From: a virus
IMG/VR virus record: IMGVR_UViG_3300025131_011243
Span: 58,592-122,591 of that record
DNA length: 64,000 nt
Strand: one strand, 5' to 3'
The notes below the pieces were generated by a model that saw only the letters and a list, made by a program, of their open reading frames with translations, searched no databases and was not told where the DNA came from. Of the stretch, positions 20,393-31,311 are shown in pieces. A program made the translations under genes and the position numbers. Numbering within the stretch: position 1 is the first letter of the stretch; each line of letters starts with the position of its first letter.

Positions 20393-20968
20393 CTAAAGTT
20401 GACTTTGGACTCTGCCAAATATATCGACAGATTTACCCCGATTTCGCCTGTGAACTCTGCTGGCCGCAGATTGCTCACTAAGGTCGCCTCGGGGGCTCAC
20501 TCCTCGGTCCAAGTCTCTTTGAGGATTTTGGTCATTAGCATCAGCCAACCAATTGCTGTCAATTCCTTCTTCTGAAACATTTTGATCGCCTTCATATTCT
20601 CTGAATATTTCTCTTTTATTCTTCTGCTGCTCTTTTCTATTATCCAAATCTGTTTCTGTTCCGTAAAAGTCTCCACCTACAACAGAGTCATCACGATCTT
20701 TAGGGCCAAATGCACTCTCTCCCATACCCCCTTCATCGCCTGGTCTGACTCGATGGAGATTCTTCTCCTTATACGGGTCAGTACGGTTGGGGCTATCGGG
20801 ATCATCTATCGTAGGAGTAAGAGTTCCTCGATAGGATATTTTCATGATTGAGCCACCGCATAGAGAGCAGCCTTTGGATGCTAATCTGAAGTTGGTTTCA
20901 CGACCACAATGATCACAAATGAATGCAACCTGATTATCGAATTGATTCAGATTGAATGTTTGCGACAA
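20393..20968 (-). CDS. hypothetical zinc-ribbon protein
   Basis: CDHC..CSLC; TTG start with GGAG RBS. Confidence 0.65.
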   Translation of the reverse strand: MSQTFNLNQFDNQVAFICDHCGRETNFRLASKGCSLCGGSIMKISYRGTLTPTIDDPDSPNRTDPYKEKNLHRVRPGDEGGMGESAFGPKDRDDSVVGGDFYGTETDLDNRKEQQKNKREIFREYEGDQNVSEEGIDSNWLADANDQNPQRDLDRGVSPRGDLSEQSAASRVHRRNRGKSVDIFGRVQSQL

Positions 20969-20971
20969 TTG

Positions 20972-21910
20972 TTATTCTCCAGGCATTGAGAACTCAAGTT
21001 CATCGATAGGAATAACTGCCGATGGAGTCATTGGGCCAGCTATTGCTGACTTAGCCTCTTCGTCTTCGTCTACATCTTCCTCATCAGCCTCTTCTTGCTC
21101 TGCTCCATCTCTCATCTCTGCCATTGCATCTTCGAATGATTCGTTTCTGCCTAATTCTTCCAGATCATCCGGCTCATCGGCTATAAAATCTTCTTCTCCC
21201 CAATGGGCGAAGATCTTCTTTTTTCCATCTTCAATTTCAGCCAAAATCTTGATCTCTTGTTCGTTTAGCTCTCTACCGGCGTTAGCAGCTACGGCATAAA
21301 CATGGAAGATCATGGCGTCTGCATCCTTCAAAGATGCCATAACCATCTCAGGGATTTTGTCCTTTTTATTCTGGGCCTTCTCGTTGTCCGCTCTGTCTAC
21401 AGAAACAGGATAAGTCTTATCTAGCCCCTTCATGCGGCTAGGATGGTTATGCAACTGACTACCTTGCTCGGGCACATTTTTGGGCACTCTCGTTCTCTTC
21501 TCATCAAGCTGTTGTCCAACAGAATTACTCTGAAGAGGAGTCTTGTCCTGATCTCCCTTTTGGGCTTTACGGAAAGCTTTAAGCTTTTCTTGGAAGAAAG
21601 CTTCGGCCAAGATATCTAGCGGCTTAGCGTCCACATCCCAGTATTTACTCAAACGCCTTTCGTTATAGCCCTTTTTAGCACTATTCATAGACGCTTCGGT
21701 TGTCTCTTCGTATGTACCGGTTCGAGCTTCTTCAAGCTGACCTTGGTACAGAACGGTATTGTCTTTGTTCTTCCGATTCTTACTCAACATCCAGTCGATG
21801 TTGCCAGGATCGGTTTCTGTATGCCATCCCCTGTCATCCCGATTGTCTATGAGATTGTTCTCTGGAGACTTAGGGGTATCTTCGGCATGTTTCTTTAGGT
21901 TAAAGGTCAT
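20972..21910 (-). CDS. hypothetical virion-associated protein
   Basis: 312-aa ORF starting MTFNLKKHA. Confidence 0.75.
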   Translation of the reverse strand: MTFNLKKHAEDTPKSPENNLIDNRDDRGWHTETDPGNIDWMLSKNRKNKDNTVLYQGQLEEARTGTYEETTEASMNSAKKGYNERRLSKYWDVDAKPLDILAEAFFQEKLKAFRKAQKGDQDKTPLQSNSVGQQLDEKRTRVPKNVPEQGSQLHNHPSRMKGLDKTYPVSVDRADNEKAQNKKDKIPEMVMASLKDADAMIFHVYAVAANAGRELNEQEIKILAEIEDGKKKIFAHWGEEDFIADEPDDLEELGRNESFEDAMAEMRDGAEQEEADEEDVDEDEEAKSAIAGPMTPSAVIPIDELEFSMPGE

Positions 21911-21940
21911 AGTTAAAGGCTCCCTTATGATTAGCTCTTA

Positions 21941-23881
21941 TTATCTTTGGCTAGGAGGATACAAATTCCTTCTTTCCATCATACGAGTTACTTGTTTTGC
22001 TCCGCCCACAGCTACGCCAGATCCTATCTGCCACATCTGGTTTCCGCTGCTAGGGACGACGCCAGTTTCCACTATCCTGCCATGAGGTAAACTATGAACA
22101 GCACTGGCAATAGTATTCCAAACGGCCCCAGCCAAGGCATCGCACAAGTCATCGGTTGTTACGCCATCTTTGTTCTGAGGCGGATAGACCTTGAATCCTG
22201 TTGAGTCATACTTGCGTTGCAGATGAAGCATTTCGTTTCTCAACTGCTCACAGGCCCTGTCCGTCCGTGGAATATGAAGACGACCGGAGTTAATCATGTG
22301 TTCCAGTTCTTTATAGATCGTCATCTTGTATTTTCTGGTATACTTCATTTCCTTGGCTCTGAGTCCTGCCTTCCTCATTTTCTGAATACTGGCAGCAGAG
22401 TTCATTTGGTCATAGGTTACTAAACCAAGATAGAACCTTCTCTTCAAACCTATTACATAGTCATCTATCTCTTCAATAGATATTGGCGTGTCATCATCTG
22501 GTTGCCAAAACTTAACATGATCAACAATAACAACAGGCTCAGCCTTTTTAGTTTCCGGATTGATTGCGTTCTCTCTATGTGTAATAACCAGTGCATAATT
22601 ATTGCTTGATGTAGCGGGGTCAAGGTGAGCAAAATATATCTTACCTGGTTCTCCGATTGTCCTGTTGTTAAGTTCTGGAAACTTGAAGCAAGATTCAACC
22701 GAGTCTCTATCAAAACAACTTTCACCGGCAGTACCTGAAAACATGGCTCCAAATTCCATCTGGAACTCTTCGTCATTCATTTCTGAATTAGCTTCTAACA
22801 GCGAGTATTTTGTTTGTTGAGTATTAACGTCCCAAGTAGGAAGGCGACACATCAATCTATGCTTGATGTTATGAGCGTTCTCATACATATCCCAGAAAAC
22901 ACCTTCCTTACCTCTGGGGGATGAGATGGATAGAATCTTACTGTCGAATATTCGGTTTATCTTTTGATTGCCTTCGTCGTCTAAAATCGGATTTCCGTCT
23001 TCGTCGAACGCATCAAAGTTACGTCCATACGTATTCAAAGAAGGGGTCAAGGCTGAAAGGATACGCTCACCCGATGACGAGCTTCCGGTACTCTTGTAAG
23101 ACGCAACTTCATCAAGAATAAGAACAAAAACACCCTTACCCAACAAGCCGTCAGAGTTACTGTTACCGACTTCGATAACAACTGACCCCTTCTTGGGTGG
23201 CAGCCTTTGTTCATTCATCTGTTTGTTGAATTCTACATCGGAAGGAGTTAGTAGATAAATAGCTCCTTCTTCAACACCTTCGGGGCCTATCTTGTCTTTG
23301 AAGTAAGGACTGAGCATTAGCTTATCACGAATTTCCTGGAAAGCGATACGAGCCTGATGCCTGGCTGAGGCTACCGTTAGGATACTAATTGGCATACCAG
23401 AAGCGATGTTATACAAAGCGTAAGGGTCTCCGCCCTCGCATTCCAACAGACGCATTGCTTCGTATAGAGCGACAATAGAAATCAGGAAGTCTTTCCCGCT
23501 ACGACGCCCCCAACACAAGACAAGCTCTCTAAAGATATCTTCGGAGTTGTATTTCCCCAGGATATCTCCGTTCTCTACCCATTCGTTTTCCTTTGCTTGA
23601 AATAGACCCAAACGTTCGCACATTTCTATCTCTTCAGGATTCAGTTTTAGGGTCTCGTTACCCATCGATCCTCTGTAGAAAACCTTGAGGATCATTTTTT
23701 GGACAGGATAAAGCAAAACAGGACTTGGTCGATGCGGCAAACCTAAATAAAACGGATCTTCCACAAATGCAATGATATCAGGTATATAGCCTCCGCCTTC
23801 GCCTGAAGTAATCTCATTTTTCAGGTCAGAAAGCAATGAGTTAACAGATTCTATTTCAGCAGACTTCTTCTTGCGGGCCAT
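21941..23881 (-). CDS. terL: terminase large subunit
   Basis: Walker A WGRRSGKD, Walker B LILDE, ISSPRG coupling motif, RNase H-like HLDPA and DDLCDALAG. Confidence 0.93.
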   Translation of the reverse strand: MARKKKSAEIESVNSLLSDLKNEITSGEGGGYIPDIIAFVEDPFYLGLPHRPSPVLLYPVQKMILKVFYRGSMGNETLKLNPEEIEMCERLGLFQAKENEWVENGDILGKYNSEDIFRELVLCWGRRSGKDFLISIVALYEAMRLLECEGGDPYALYNIASGMPISILTVASARHQARIAFQEIRDKLMLSPYFKDKIGPEGVEEGAIYLLTPSDVEFNKQMNEQRLPPKKGSVVIEVGNSNSDGLLGKGVFVLILDEVASYKSTGSSSSGERILSALTPSLNTYGRNFDAFDEDGNPILDDEGNQKINRIFDSKILSISSPRGKEGVFWDMYENAHNIKHRLMCRLPTWDVNTQQTKYSLLEANSEMNDEEFQMEFGAMFSGTAGESCFDRDSVESCFKFPELNNRTIGEPGKIYFAHLDPATSSNNYALVITHRENAINPETKKAEPVVIVDHVKFWQPDDDTPISIEEIDDYVIGLKRRFYLGLVTYDQMNSAASIQKMRKAGLRAKEMKYTRKYKMTIYKELEHMINSGRLHIPRTDRACEQLRNEMLHLQRKYDSTGFKVYPPQNKDGVTTDDLCDALAGAVWNTIASAVHSLPHGRIVETGVVPSSGNQMWQIGSGVAVGGAKQVTRMMERRNLYPPSQR

Positions 23882-23939
23882 AAAACAGTCCTTGTCAAAA
23901 CTTTCGTTACAACATATGTGTTCAACAAAAGTTAGAGAA

Positions 23940-24305
23940 CTACTCTATATTTCCAGCATTAATTTCGTATCCTGCCGTCGCAGACAAGGTAGCGAACGTT
24001 TGTGGGACCAATATATTGTTGTCTGAAAGAAAGGCATTCACATCACCATAATGATGAACAACATGAACTTGAAGAGCCTCAATTAGGCTTAACACCGTTT
24101 GGGCTTGAACGTATTCTCTTGTTATGGTCTGGCCCAATTTCTCAAGCCCTCGATCAAGATTGGTTCTTTCGATATCGGTCGCAGTCAAACTGGACGTAGC
24201 GATAGTATTACGCATGGCGGTTACTCGACCACCTGCACTGACTGAAGCATCTTCTGCCTCTGCTATCGATGAAACGATCACGCTATATTCGCTGGGACTA
24301 ATCAT
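23940..24305 (-). CDS. hypothetical protein
   Basis: 121-aa ORF. Confidence 0.7.
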   Translation of the reverse strand: MISPSEYSVIVSSIAEAEDASVSAGGRVTAMRNTIATSSLTATDIERTNLDRGLEKLGQTITREYVQAQTVLSLIEALQVHVVHHYGDVNAFLSDNNILVPQTFATLSATAGYEINAGNIE

Positions 24306-26068
24306 GTATACACAATATCGCTTAATGAGGTATAGTCATACCAAATCCCGCTCGCATCTCTTTGACGATAACGAACATAATATTCTTGACCCCTTACTAG
24401 ATACTCATCATCCTGACTTATGTATCTTACTCTTTTGCCAACAAAACCAGACTGCACCCCACCTGCTGGCATGTCGATAAACTCGTCGTCGTCTTCCTCT
24501 ACCATCCACCCTTCTTGCGACGAAAGGTTATTTACAGTGACAGTAATATCCGAAAAGTCCGATTCGGTGGAAATATCAATCTGGAAATGGTAGTTCGTAA
24601 ACGCAACTGCTTCGTCCGTGATCGTAAACTCAAAATCCCAGAACCCTTCGTCCAAGACATTAGCAGATGAGATGTTGGAAAAAGCTTCATTCAGATTTTT
24701 CAGCAGAACGCTAACTTTGAATTCACGATCTGTCAAATATTCATCCAACGTCTTAAATAGACTTGTGATACTTTCTGTCTTGAAGAAATTGACAGGGAAT
24801 CTGAAAAAAGCCCCAGCAAATGGGTTGAACAATGCAGTTATTCTTTCCGAATTATTGTGACCAATCAAATCATTGACTCTTGACATCATATCAACTGCCG
24901 TGGCAACATCTGTTGAAGAAACAACCGTATTCCTCACATTTGATATGGCATCAGATCTTACATTCATATATGCTACAGAACGTGCAAAGTCTCCAGATAT
25001 CAACCTCCACATTTCGTCTTCGCCTATCTTTGTTTCATCTTCAGCAACTGCATCAGGTTTTGGGAAGTCGAACGTTACCAACGGATCCCCGAAGAACGCT
25101 AGTGTCCAATCAACGTGAGGAACGCTGAATATATACGCCTCGCCAATTGTCGCTCCTCTTCGCAAAGCTTCAAAGAAAGGTTTAGGTCTAAGAAACCCGT
25201 CTATCGTTGGATCAGACATAGCTCCAGCCAACCCACTGTATCCGGCAGATATAGCCAACGGAACCCATCGTCCTTCTGTTGTGGATCTAACCAAACCGGC
25301 AGCGTCATAATCTGCATTATAGAAAAACGCACGCTTCGTATTGGTTACCCTAAAGAACGAAGAAGTAGTTCTGTCAGTAAACCACGACCACACAAACGAA
25401 TCTCCCTCAACCGAAGGAAGGACGGAATCAAAGTATGGATCTATAAATTGGGTTGTAAAGACATCAAGATTAAGACTGCCAAGAGTTGAGTTTAGGAATC
25501 CCACCAGATCATCAGTATATCTATCCGCATCAGGCCCTGCTCGATCAGAGTATGGATCAATGTAGAATTTTCCGTTGACGATAACCTGTTTAGAAAGTTT
25601 ATCTCCTTGATTCATCATGTTGACTACGGCGGCACTATTGGGGCCATCCATTCTTGCTGTAATCAAGCCAAAGTCAGCATCATCTCCGTCGTATCTGGCG
25701 AAGATCTGTCGGTTATACAAATAGTTTTCTGTTTTCTTGGAGAACGTGTGGTTAATTCTAGAGATTCGAGAGGAAGCAGATATGATGTCTGTCCCCTCCA
25801 TAAACCCGCCAGGTACGGTGAAACCCAGAATAATAACCCAAATAGTTCTGTTTGAAAGCGGGGCAGTAGCTAGAGCGGTCTTCAGAGGCGTCAGAACTTG
25901 GGTATTAAATTCATCCTCATCGTTCAGTATATCTACATCAGAACAAGGGACGCCTACTAGCTGCTCGTCAGCTAAGCCATGAATTGTTTGGTATCTATTG
26001 GCAATATCCAGACTAGCACCATCGCCAGACCGGTAAACAAAGACTACATTTTCACTTGATAACGCCAT
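24302..26068 (-). CDS. TIGR03790-like protein with beta-rich C-terminal domain
   Basis: VFVY....S..IA..Y, ITARMDGP, GATIGEAY..S...DW...FGDPL. Confidence 0.7.
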   Translation of the reverse strand: MALSSENVVFVYRSGDGASLDIANRYQTIHGLADEQLVGVPCSDVDILNDEDEFNTQVLTPLKTALATAPLSNRTIWVIILGFTVPGGFMEGTDIISASSRISRINHTFSKKTENYLYNRQIFARYDGDDADFGLITARMDGPNSAAVVNMMNQGDKLSKQVIVNGKFYIDPYSDRAGPDADRYTDDLVGFLNSTLGSLNLDVFTTQFIDPYFDSVLPSVEGDSFVWSWFTDRTTSSFFRVTNTKRAFFYNADYDAAGLVRSTTEGRWVPLAISAGYSGLAGAMSDPTIDGFLRPKPFFEALRRGATIGEAYIFSVPHVDWTLAFFGDPLVTFDFPKPDAVAEDETKIGEDEMWRLISGDFARSVAYMNVRSDAISNVRNTVVSSTDVATAVDMMSRVNDLIGHNNSERITALFNPFAGAFFRFPVNFFKTESITSLFKTLDEYLTDREFKVSVLLKNLNEAFSNISSANVLDEGFWDFEFTITDEAVAFTNYHFQIDISTESDFSDITVTVNNLSSQEGWMVEEDDDEFIDMPAGGVQSGFVGKRVRYISQDDEYLVRGQEYYVRYRQRDASGIWYDYTSLSDIVYT

Positions 26069-26111
26069 CCCTTTACATTATCGTCAGATGGCGTTTTTAC
26101 CTTCCCGAAAG

Positions 26112-26615
26112 TCAGGTTCCGGTAGATCCCAAACCAGCCTCGCCTCGCTGGGAATCTTCCAGTTCACTAACAACCATGATATTGAAATGCTCGGTTTTCC
26201 TCATAAGGATTTGACCGCACCTGTCGCCAGATTTGTATAAATCATACTTGAACTTCATCCATGAACAATCGACATCAGTAAGATACTTGTCGGGCATGAA
26301 TCCCAAAAAGTCTATTAGCTGGTATCGAAAAAGGATATCGCCCCTATATCCTTCGTCAACCAATCCTATGGAATTGCACAGCAACAAATCCTTCTTGGAA
26401 TTGCTTGACCTTGGCATGATTTCAGTATGGTATCCAGGTGGCGGCTCTATTGCCCACCCAGTGCTATACTCTATGTAAAGAAGTTTTCCATTTACAAATT
26501 TGAACTTACCATCATCGATAGCATACATATCGTACGCTGCATCTTCTCCGGGATGTCCTTGGGTTGGTGCAATCGCTCTTCCATCAAGCATCTTCATCTT
26601 CAAAACAGGCTTCAT
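26112..26615 (-). CDS. dut: dUTPase
   Basis: AAYD, PRSS, GLVDEGYRG, RCGQ, RGEAGLGSTG motifs. Confidence 0.95.
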   Translation of the reverse strand: MKPVLKMKMLDGRAIAPTQGHPGEDAAYDMYAIDDGKFKFVNGKLLYIEYSTGWAIEPPPGYHTEIMPRSSNSKKDLLLCNSIGLVDEGYRGDILFRYQLIDFLGFMPDKYLTDVDCSWMKFKYDLYKSGDRCGQILMRKTEHFNIMVVSELEDSQRGEAGLGSTGT

Positions 26616-26636
26616 CTTTCTCTCCTTCGAATTGTA

Positions 26637-29600
26637 TTAGAGACATTTGCTCCAGCCGCAGGATTTACAAGTAGAGCAACCTTGGTTTCTTTCTAAAGCT
26701 CCACCGCAAGTTGGACATTCCTCTCCCGTCACCGAAGTTCCATCTTCAACGTACTTTTTCAAAACTCTTGCCAAAGCTTTGGCTGGCGACTGAAGGTCAC
26801 CTCTTGTCTTCTCAAGTTGATGGACAACAAACGCCACGTCAGCACCGTGCCTAAGGCTTGTCGATATCATCCTTGTCAGCGATTCTTCTTCTTCAGTACA
26901 GAATTCGCCTACGTTTTCTACTTCAACTTCGGTATCATGGTCACGGAATATACCTCGATACTTACCTCTACCTACTCTAGACATCTTTCCTTGAAGAATG
27001 GCGTTCCTTTTATGGAACCCGTTCTTACCAATAAAGATTTCGTATGGATCGGAACCAAGTAATCCGACAACGATCAAATACAATTGTCCGGTCACTCTGG
27101 TAAAATGAAGTTCTGCGTCAAGATCTTCAGGTCGTTTGGGAGCAACAGTCTTCGTAATGTGGTTTCCATTTCTTTCGTCTTCTTTTTTGTCTTCAACCAA
27201 CACGCCAGTACGACAATTCTTACGATACACAGTAATGCCTTTGCATCCTTGTTTCCATGCAGTCTCATAAATCTCGGCTACTTGTTCAACCTCAACGTCT
27301 TCGGGAAGATTGATCGTACTACTAATGGAATGATCAACATGTCTAGTAGCGGTTGCTTGCAGATGGACCCTTTGTTTCCAATTTATATCTTCGGCGCAAT
27401 GCCCAAACCATGGGGATTCTTCTACATTGTCTTTGCCGGTGACTTCCATCCATTTCTGTATTTGCGGATGGTAAACCGTAAACTCTTCCCAACAATCTCC
27501 GTTAGGATCAGTGAAGTCAACTCTCACGTTTTCATCATTGGGGTTGATCTTCTTGCGCCTCTTGTATCCGATCATGAACAGAGGCTCAATGCCAGAAGTT
27601 GTTCTTGTAAGAATACTAACGCTTCCTGCCGGGGCGGTTGTTAGGATAGCGATATTGCGACGACCGTATCGCTTCATATCTTCGTACAGTTTGGGATCTT
27701 CGTCCTTAATTCGGCGAAGGAAAGGATTGCTCTTTTCAAACTCATGGTCCCAGATTGGGAAAGGTCCCAACTCTTTAGCCATATCAACAGAACTTCTATA
27801 GCACCCTAGTTTCAAAGTGCGATAAATTTCGTCTACGACTTCAATACACTTCTTGCTACCATAGGCATATCCCATAGCCGCAATTGTATCGCCAAGCCCA
27901 GTAATGCCTGTTCCCGTTCTTCGTCCCTGCTCGCACTTCGTACGTATGCCTTCCCATAATTCCAGTTCTCTCTGTCTGACATGAGCAGGTTCAGGATCGT
28001 TTTTGATCTTGGATATGATGCTGTTAACTTTCTCCAATTCGAGATCAACCATATCGTCCATAAGACGTTGGATAATCTGAGCATGTTTGGAAAATAACTC
28101 AAAATCAAAGTAAGCTTTTCTTGTAAACGGATGAACAACATAGTTCAACAGGTTAAACAACATCAAACGACAAGAGTCATTGGCACACAATGTTAATTCG
28201 CTGCACGGATTTGTGCTGATTGTCATGAAACCAAAATCAGCGTAACAATCGGCTGGGGACTCTCGCAGGATATTGTCCCAGAACAATAAACCTGGCTCAG
28301 CCATAGCGTGAGCGTTTTCAACAATCTTCATCCAAACTTCTTTTGCATTTACTTTCTGAACGATGGTTGGTTTTTCTGCATCGATTGGCCATCTCTGTTC
28401 ATATTCTTGGTCATTTTCAACAGCTTTCAAAAACTCGTCCGACAAACGTACTGAGATATTAGCTCCCGTTACTCTTTGAAGGTCTTTCTTAACATTTGCA
28501 AAATCCAGAATTTCAGGATGATGCACAGATAGAGTCACCATCAAAGCGCCACGACGACCCGCTTGCCCAACTTCACGTATGGAGTTGGAATACCTTTCCA
28601 AGAAGGGGATAATGCCTGTCGAGGTTCTGGCTGCGTTGCGAGTAGCTGAGCCACTGGGGCGTAAATGAGAGATGTCCATCCCGGTTCCACCACGACGCTT
28701 GGATATTTGTACAAGATGCTCGTCTGCTCTTGCAATATCTCCATAGCTGTCTAAAGGAGAGTCAACAACGTAGCAGTTCAGGCTGACAAGGCCCTCTACA
28801 GGGTATGAATGATGGTTCTCTACCCCAATAGTGTATACATATTTAGGAGAAGATGTATTTAGAGTCTTAGAATCTATGCGAACAAACTTCCGTCCTCCTA
28901 TGTCTTTTACATGCCATTCTACCTCTTCTTTCTCGGATAGCGAATGTATCCTGTTGTCGTCGTAATGTTTTAGACTAGAAGATATAAAACTAGAGCATTT
29001 TGGGAAATCCAGACGAGCATAATAATTCTTCGCCAACTCAACATTAACACTTCTAGTTATGCCAATTGGTATATTGAAACTACGAAGAAGATGGTAGAAA
29101 GATTCAACCAATCCATGATTAGAAAGAACCACTCTCAAATCGCCATCTTTTGTTATAGTCCCATCAGAGTCTATCAAGCCTTGTGTAAGTGCGAGTACGA
29201 GTTCCTTGCTCCAGGTGAACATAGTATCATATATTTTTTTACCTTCCGATTTTCTTCCGAACAATTTTTCAAAAGCCATACCGATTAACGTGGAATGATA
29301 GACTATTTGCACGGTCCCATCTATGTGCTCGTTGTTATTGACATCCGGTTTAATGCCGAATATCTTTTCACCATACGTTGTTACATAGTCGATGATTTCT
29401 TTTTCATCTGATCCAAATGTAAAAGTTATACCTCTCACTTTGGGTTCTGTAGTATGTTTTCTATTTCGCAGACCCTTAGCACCGTAATTATCAAAAACGC
29501 AACCGTCGCCATACCAGAGGCCGACAAAATAAGCAAAATGTTCATCTACTGTCCAAACAGACTTTACCGCTTGATGGGATCTTGTTAACAATTTCGTAGT

Positions 29601-30431
29601 TTGTTTAGTTCGATATTGAGTGGCAAGTTGAATAGACGAATCGTCTCTACTAACTGTATAAATATGCTCTCCCCTTTGGTGCATATCTTCTGGAAAAAGT
29701 TCATTCAGATCAATACTGGGGGTTTCGTTATCCCAGTCAGAGTCATGATCGGGTATGGCGATATAATCACCTTCTCGGAGATATTCAACAGAATTCCACT
29801 GAGGTTCTTCTTCCCATTTTTCTTGTTCACTGGATAGGGATAGGAATTTATGATTATCCGTAACTGTTACGTTAGGAGTACGAAAGCATTTCAAATCAAA
29901 CATACGCCTGTTTCCGAGCAAGTTCTTATGCACTTGGGAAACCAACTCAAATGTACCATTGTGAGTAACAACCCTATCCCCCACACATACACCTTCTATG
30001 TTCTTAACACCATTGTCAGTCAAAACTCTCGTTCCTGGAGAAAAGCAATTGGATAGGGTAATAAATTGATGATTATTCCCAATCCCATACATCGGACTGC
30101 CTTGGGGAACGACGTATTTGAAATGATCTAGATAGTTGAATATATCTTGAGCGGAAAGGGGTTCTTTGAACTTACCGGCCTCGATACGGGCGAATTCGTT
30201 GGCCAGACGCCAATGCATCTGATCGGGAGTTTCTTCTAGAAGATTCTTTTCATTGTCTCTGAGAGCGTACTTGTCAAGGAATACTTTTGCGGCTAAATCG
30301 TCGCCGTCAAAGTAGTCCGTGCATTTCTCTAATGATTGATCGTAGTCGTAAAATACGGATTCGGAAACTGGTTTCTCGCCATTATCTTCCTGTTCTTTGG
30401 TTTTCTCTATCGTTACTGATTCAGGGGGCAT
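26637..30431 (-). CDS. nrdJ: class II (B12-dependent) ribonucleotide reductase with intein
   Basis: SNC, GRRGALM, TNPCSE, TAPAGS, KGITVYR; C-terminal TSCPD-like domain and zinc ribbon; start placed at ATG 30431 after GAGGAG. Confidence 0.9.
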   Translation of the reverse strand: MPPESVTIEKTKEQEDNGEKPVSESVFYDYDQSLEKCTDYFDGDDLAAKVFLDKYALRDNEKNLLEETPDQMHWRLANEFARIEAGKFKEPLSAQDIFNYLDHFKYVVPQGSPMYGIGNNHQFITLSNCFSPGTRVLTDNGVKNIEGVCVGDRVVTHNGTFELVSQVHKNLLGNRRMFDLKCFRTPNVTVTDNHKFLSLSSEQEKWEEEPQWNSVEYLREGDYIAIPDHDSDWDNETPSIDLNELFPEDMHQRGEHIYTVSRDDSSIQLATQYRTKQTTKLLTRSHQAVKSVWTVDEHFAYFVGLWYGDGCVFDNYGAKGLRNRKHTTEPKVRGITFTFGSDEKEIIDYVTTYGEKIFGIKPDVNNNEHIDGTVQIVYHSTLIGMAFEKLFGRKSEGKKIYDTMFTWSKELVLALTQGLIDSDGTITKDGDLRVVLSNHGLVESFYHLLRSFNIPIGITRSVNVELAKNYYARLDFPKCSSFISSSLKHYDDNRIHSLSEKEEVEWHVKDIGGRKFVRIDSKTLNTSSPKYVYTIGVENHHSYPVEGLVSLNCYVVDSPLDSYGDIARADEHLVQISKRRGGTGMDISHLRPSGSATRNAARTSTGIIPFLERYSNSIREVGQAGRRGALMVTLSVHHPEILDFANVKKDLQRVTGANISVRLSDEFLKAVENDQEYEQRWPIDAEKPTIVQKVNAKEVWMKIVENAHAMAEPGLLFWDNILRESPADCYADFGFMTISTNPCSELTLCANDSCRLMLFNLLNYVVHPFTRKAYFDFELFSKHAQIIQRLMDDMVDLELEKVNSIISKIKNDPEPAHVRQRELELWEGIRTKCEQGRRTGTGITGLGDTIAAMGYAYGSKKCIEVVDEIYRTLKLGCYRSSVDMAKELGPFPIWDHEFEKSNPFLRRIKDEDPKLYEDMKRYGRRNIAILTTAPAGSVSILTRTTSGIEPLFMIGYKRRKKINPNDENVRVDFTDPNGDCWEEFTVYHPQIQKWMEVTGKDNVEESPWFGHCAEDINWKQRVHLQATATRHVDHSISSTINLPEDVEVEQVAEIYETAWKQGCKGITVYRKNCRTGVLVEDKKEDERNGNHITKTVAPKRPEDLDAELHFTRVTGQLYLIVVGLLGSDPYEIFIGKNGFHKRNAILQGKMSRVGRGKYRGIFRDHDTEVEVENVGEFCTEEEESLTRMISTSLRHGADVAFVVHQLEKTRGDLQSPAKALARVLKKYVEDGTSVTGEECPTCGGALERNQGCSTCKSCGWSKCL
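28776..30047 (-). mobile_element. intein with LAGLIDADG endonuclease (~424 aa) in nrdJ
   Basis: TLSN|CFSPGTRV...YPVEGLVSLN|CYVV; blocks VGLWYGDG and QGLIDSDG. Confidence 0.92.
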
Positions 30432-30611
30432 CCCTTTCTCCTCTCCCAATGAATTGCCTAAAGACTATCGGTTAAGCTTACTCACATTACTTAGGCAATC
30501 ACATCTTCCTCCTGCCTTAAATCGGGAAAACATTTCTTGTCTTGTAAGATGTTGGTCAGCATCAATTTCGCATCAATTCCGCATAAGAATATTCTTGCCA
30601 ATCCGAAGCGA

Positions 30612-31304
30612 TTACTTGCTTCTGTTGACAATTTTCTTATGCAACATCGCACGAGGATAGGCTTTCTCGCCTCCTATTTCGTCCAATGCTTCTTCTAAAG
30701 TATAACAATCATCGAACACTTTGCTGGGAGAGCAATTGATGATTTTCTTTTCTTCTGAGAACGTCTTGATCCATTTTAGTCCCTTGCCGCAATTTCTTAA
30801 GGTGTGTGGGTAGTGGAAATGATTTACGCCATAGAAGTCGGTTTTACCTTCTCTGTAACAACAATCCATGCCTACCAAAACGATGGGATTGCAACCCATT
30901 TTGTAAGCTAGTTGAAAGGCCAGAGGCCCGGTTGACCCCCGGCCATGCAAAACGGCTGGATGAGTAGGAATCTTATAGTCGCCAACTGTTAATCTATAAT
31001 GATAGAAACGACCTTGGGTCTCTGCGTTTTCACGACAAAACTTAATAGCTTTGGTTCGTACGATATGTTTTTTCTCAGTAATCCAAGTCTGTATATCCTG
31101 CCACATGAGTATGGTAGGATCTATTCGCATAAAAGCCCGGTTCATCCCTATAGTAAAATGGTCCCCCAAAAGACTGACATCAACGTCGTCTAATGAGGGA
31201 CCATTCCCGATCAAAAAGCATGGCACGTCGGTGAAAACGCCATTCCAACGTTTTGCACCCCAGTGATTCCCATACTTGTATGCTCTAACCCTTTTCTTGA
31301 TCAT
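30612..31304 (-). CDS. DUF115/MptE-like (Maf glycosyltransferase-related) protein
   Basis: CFLIGNGPSL, TIGMNR, AYKMGCNPIVLVGMDC. Confidence 0.75.
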   Translation of the reverse strand: MIKKRVRAYKYGNHWGAKRWNGVFTDVPCFLIGNGPSLDDVDVSLLGDHFTIGMNRAFMRIDPTILMWQDIQTWITEKKHIVRTKAIKFCRENAETQGRFYHYRLTVGDYKIPTHPAVLHGRGSTGPLAFQLAYKMGCNPIVLVGMDCCYREGKTDFYGVNHFHYPHTLRNCGKGLKWIKTFSEEKKIINCSPSKVFDDCYTLEEALDEIGGEKAYPRAMLHKKIVNRSK

Positions 31305-31311
31305 CAGCGAG

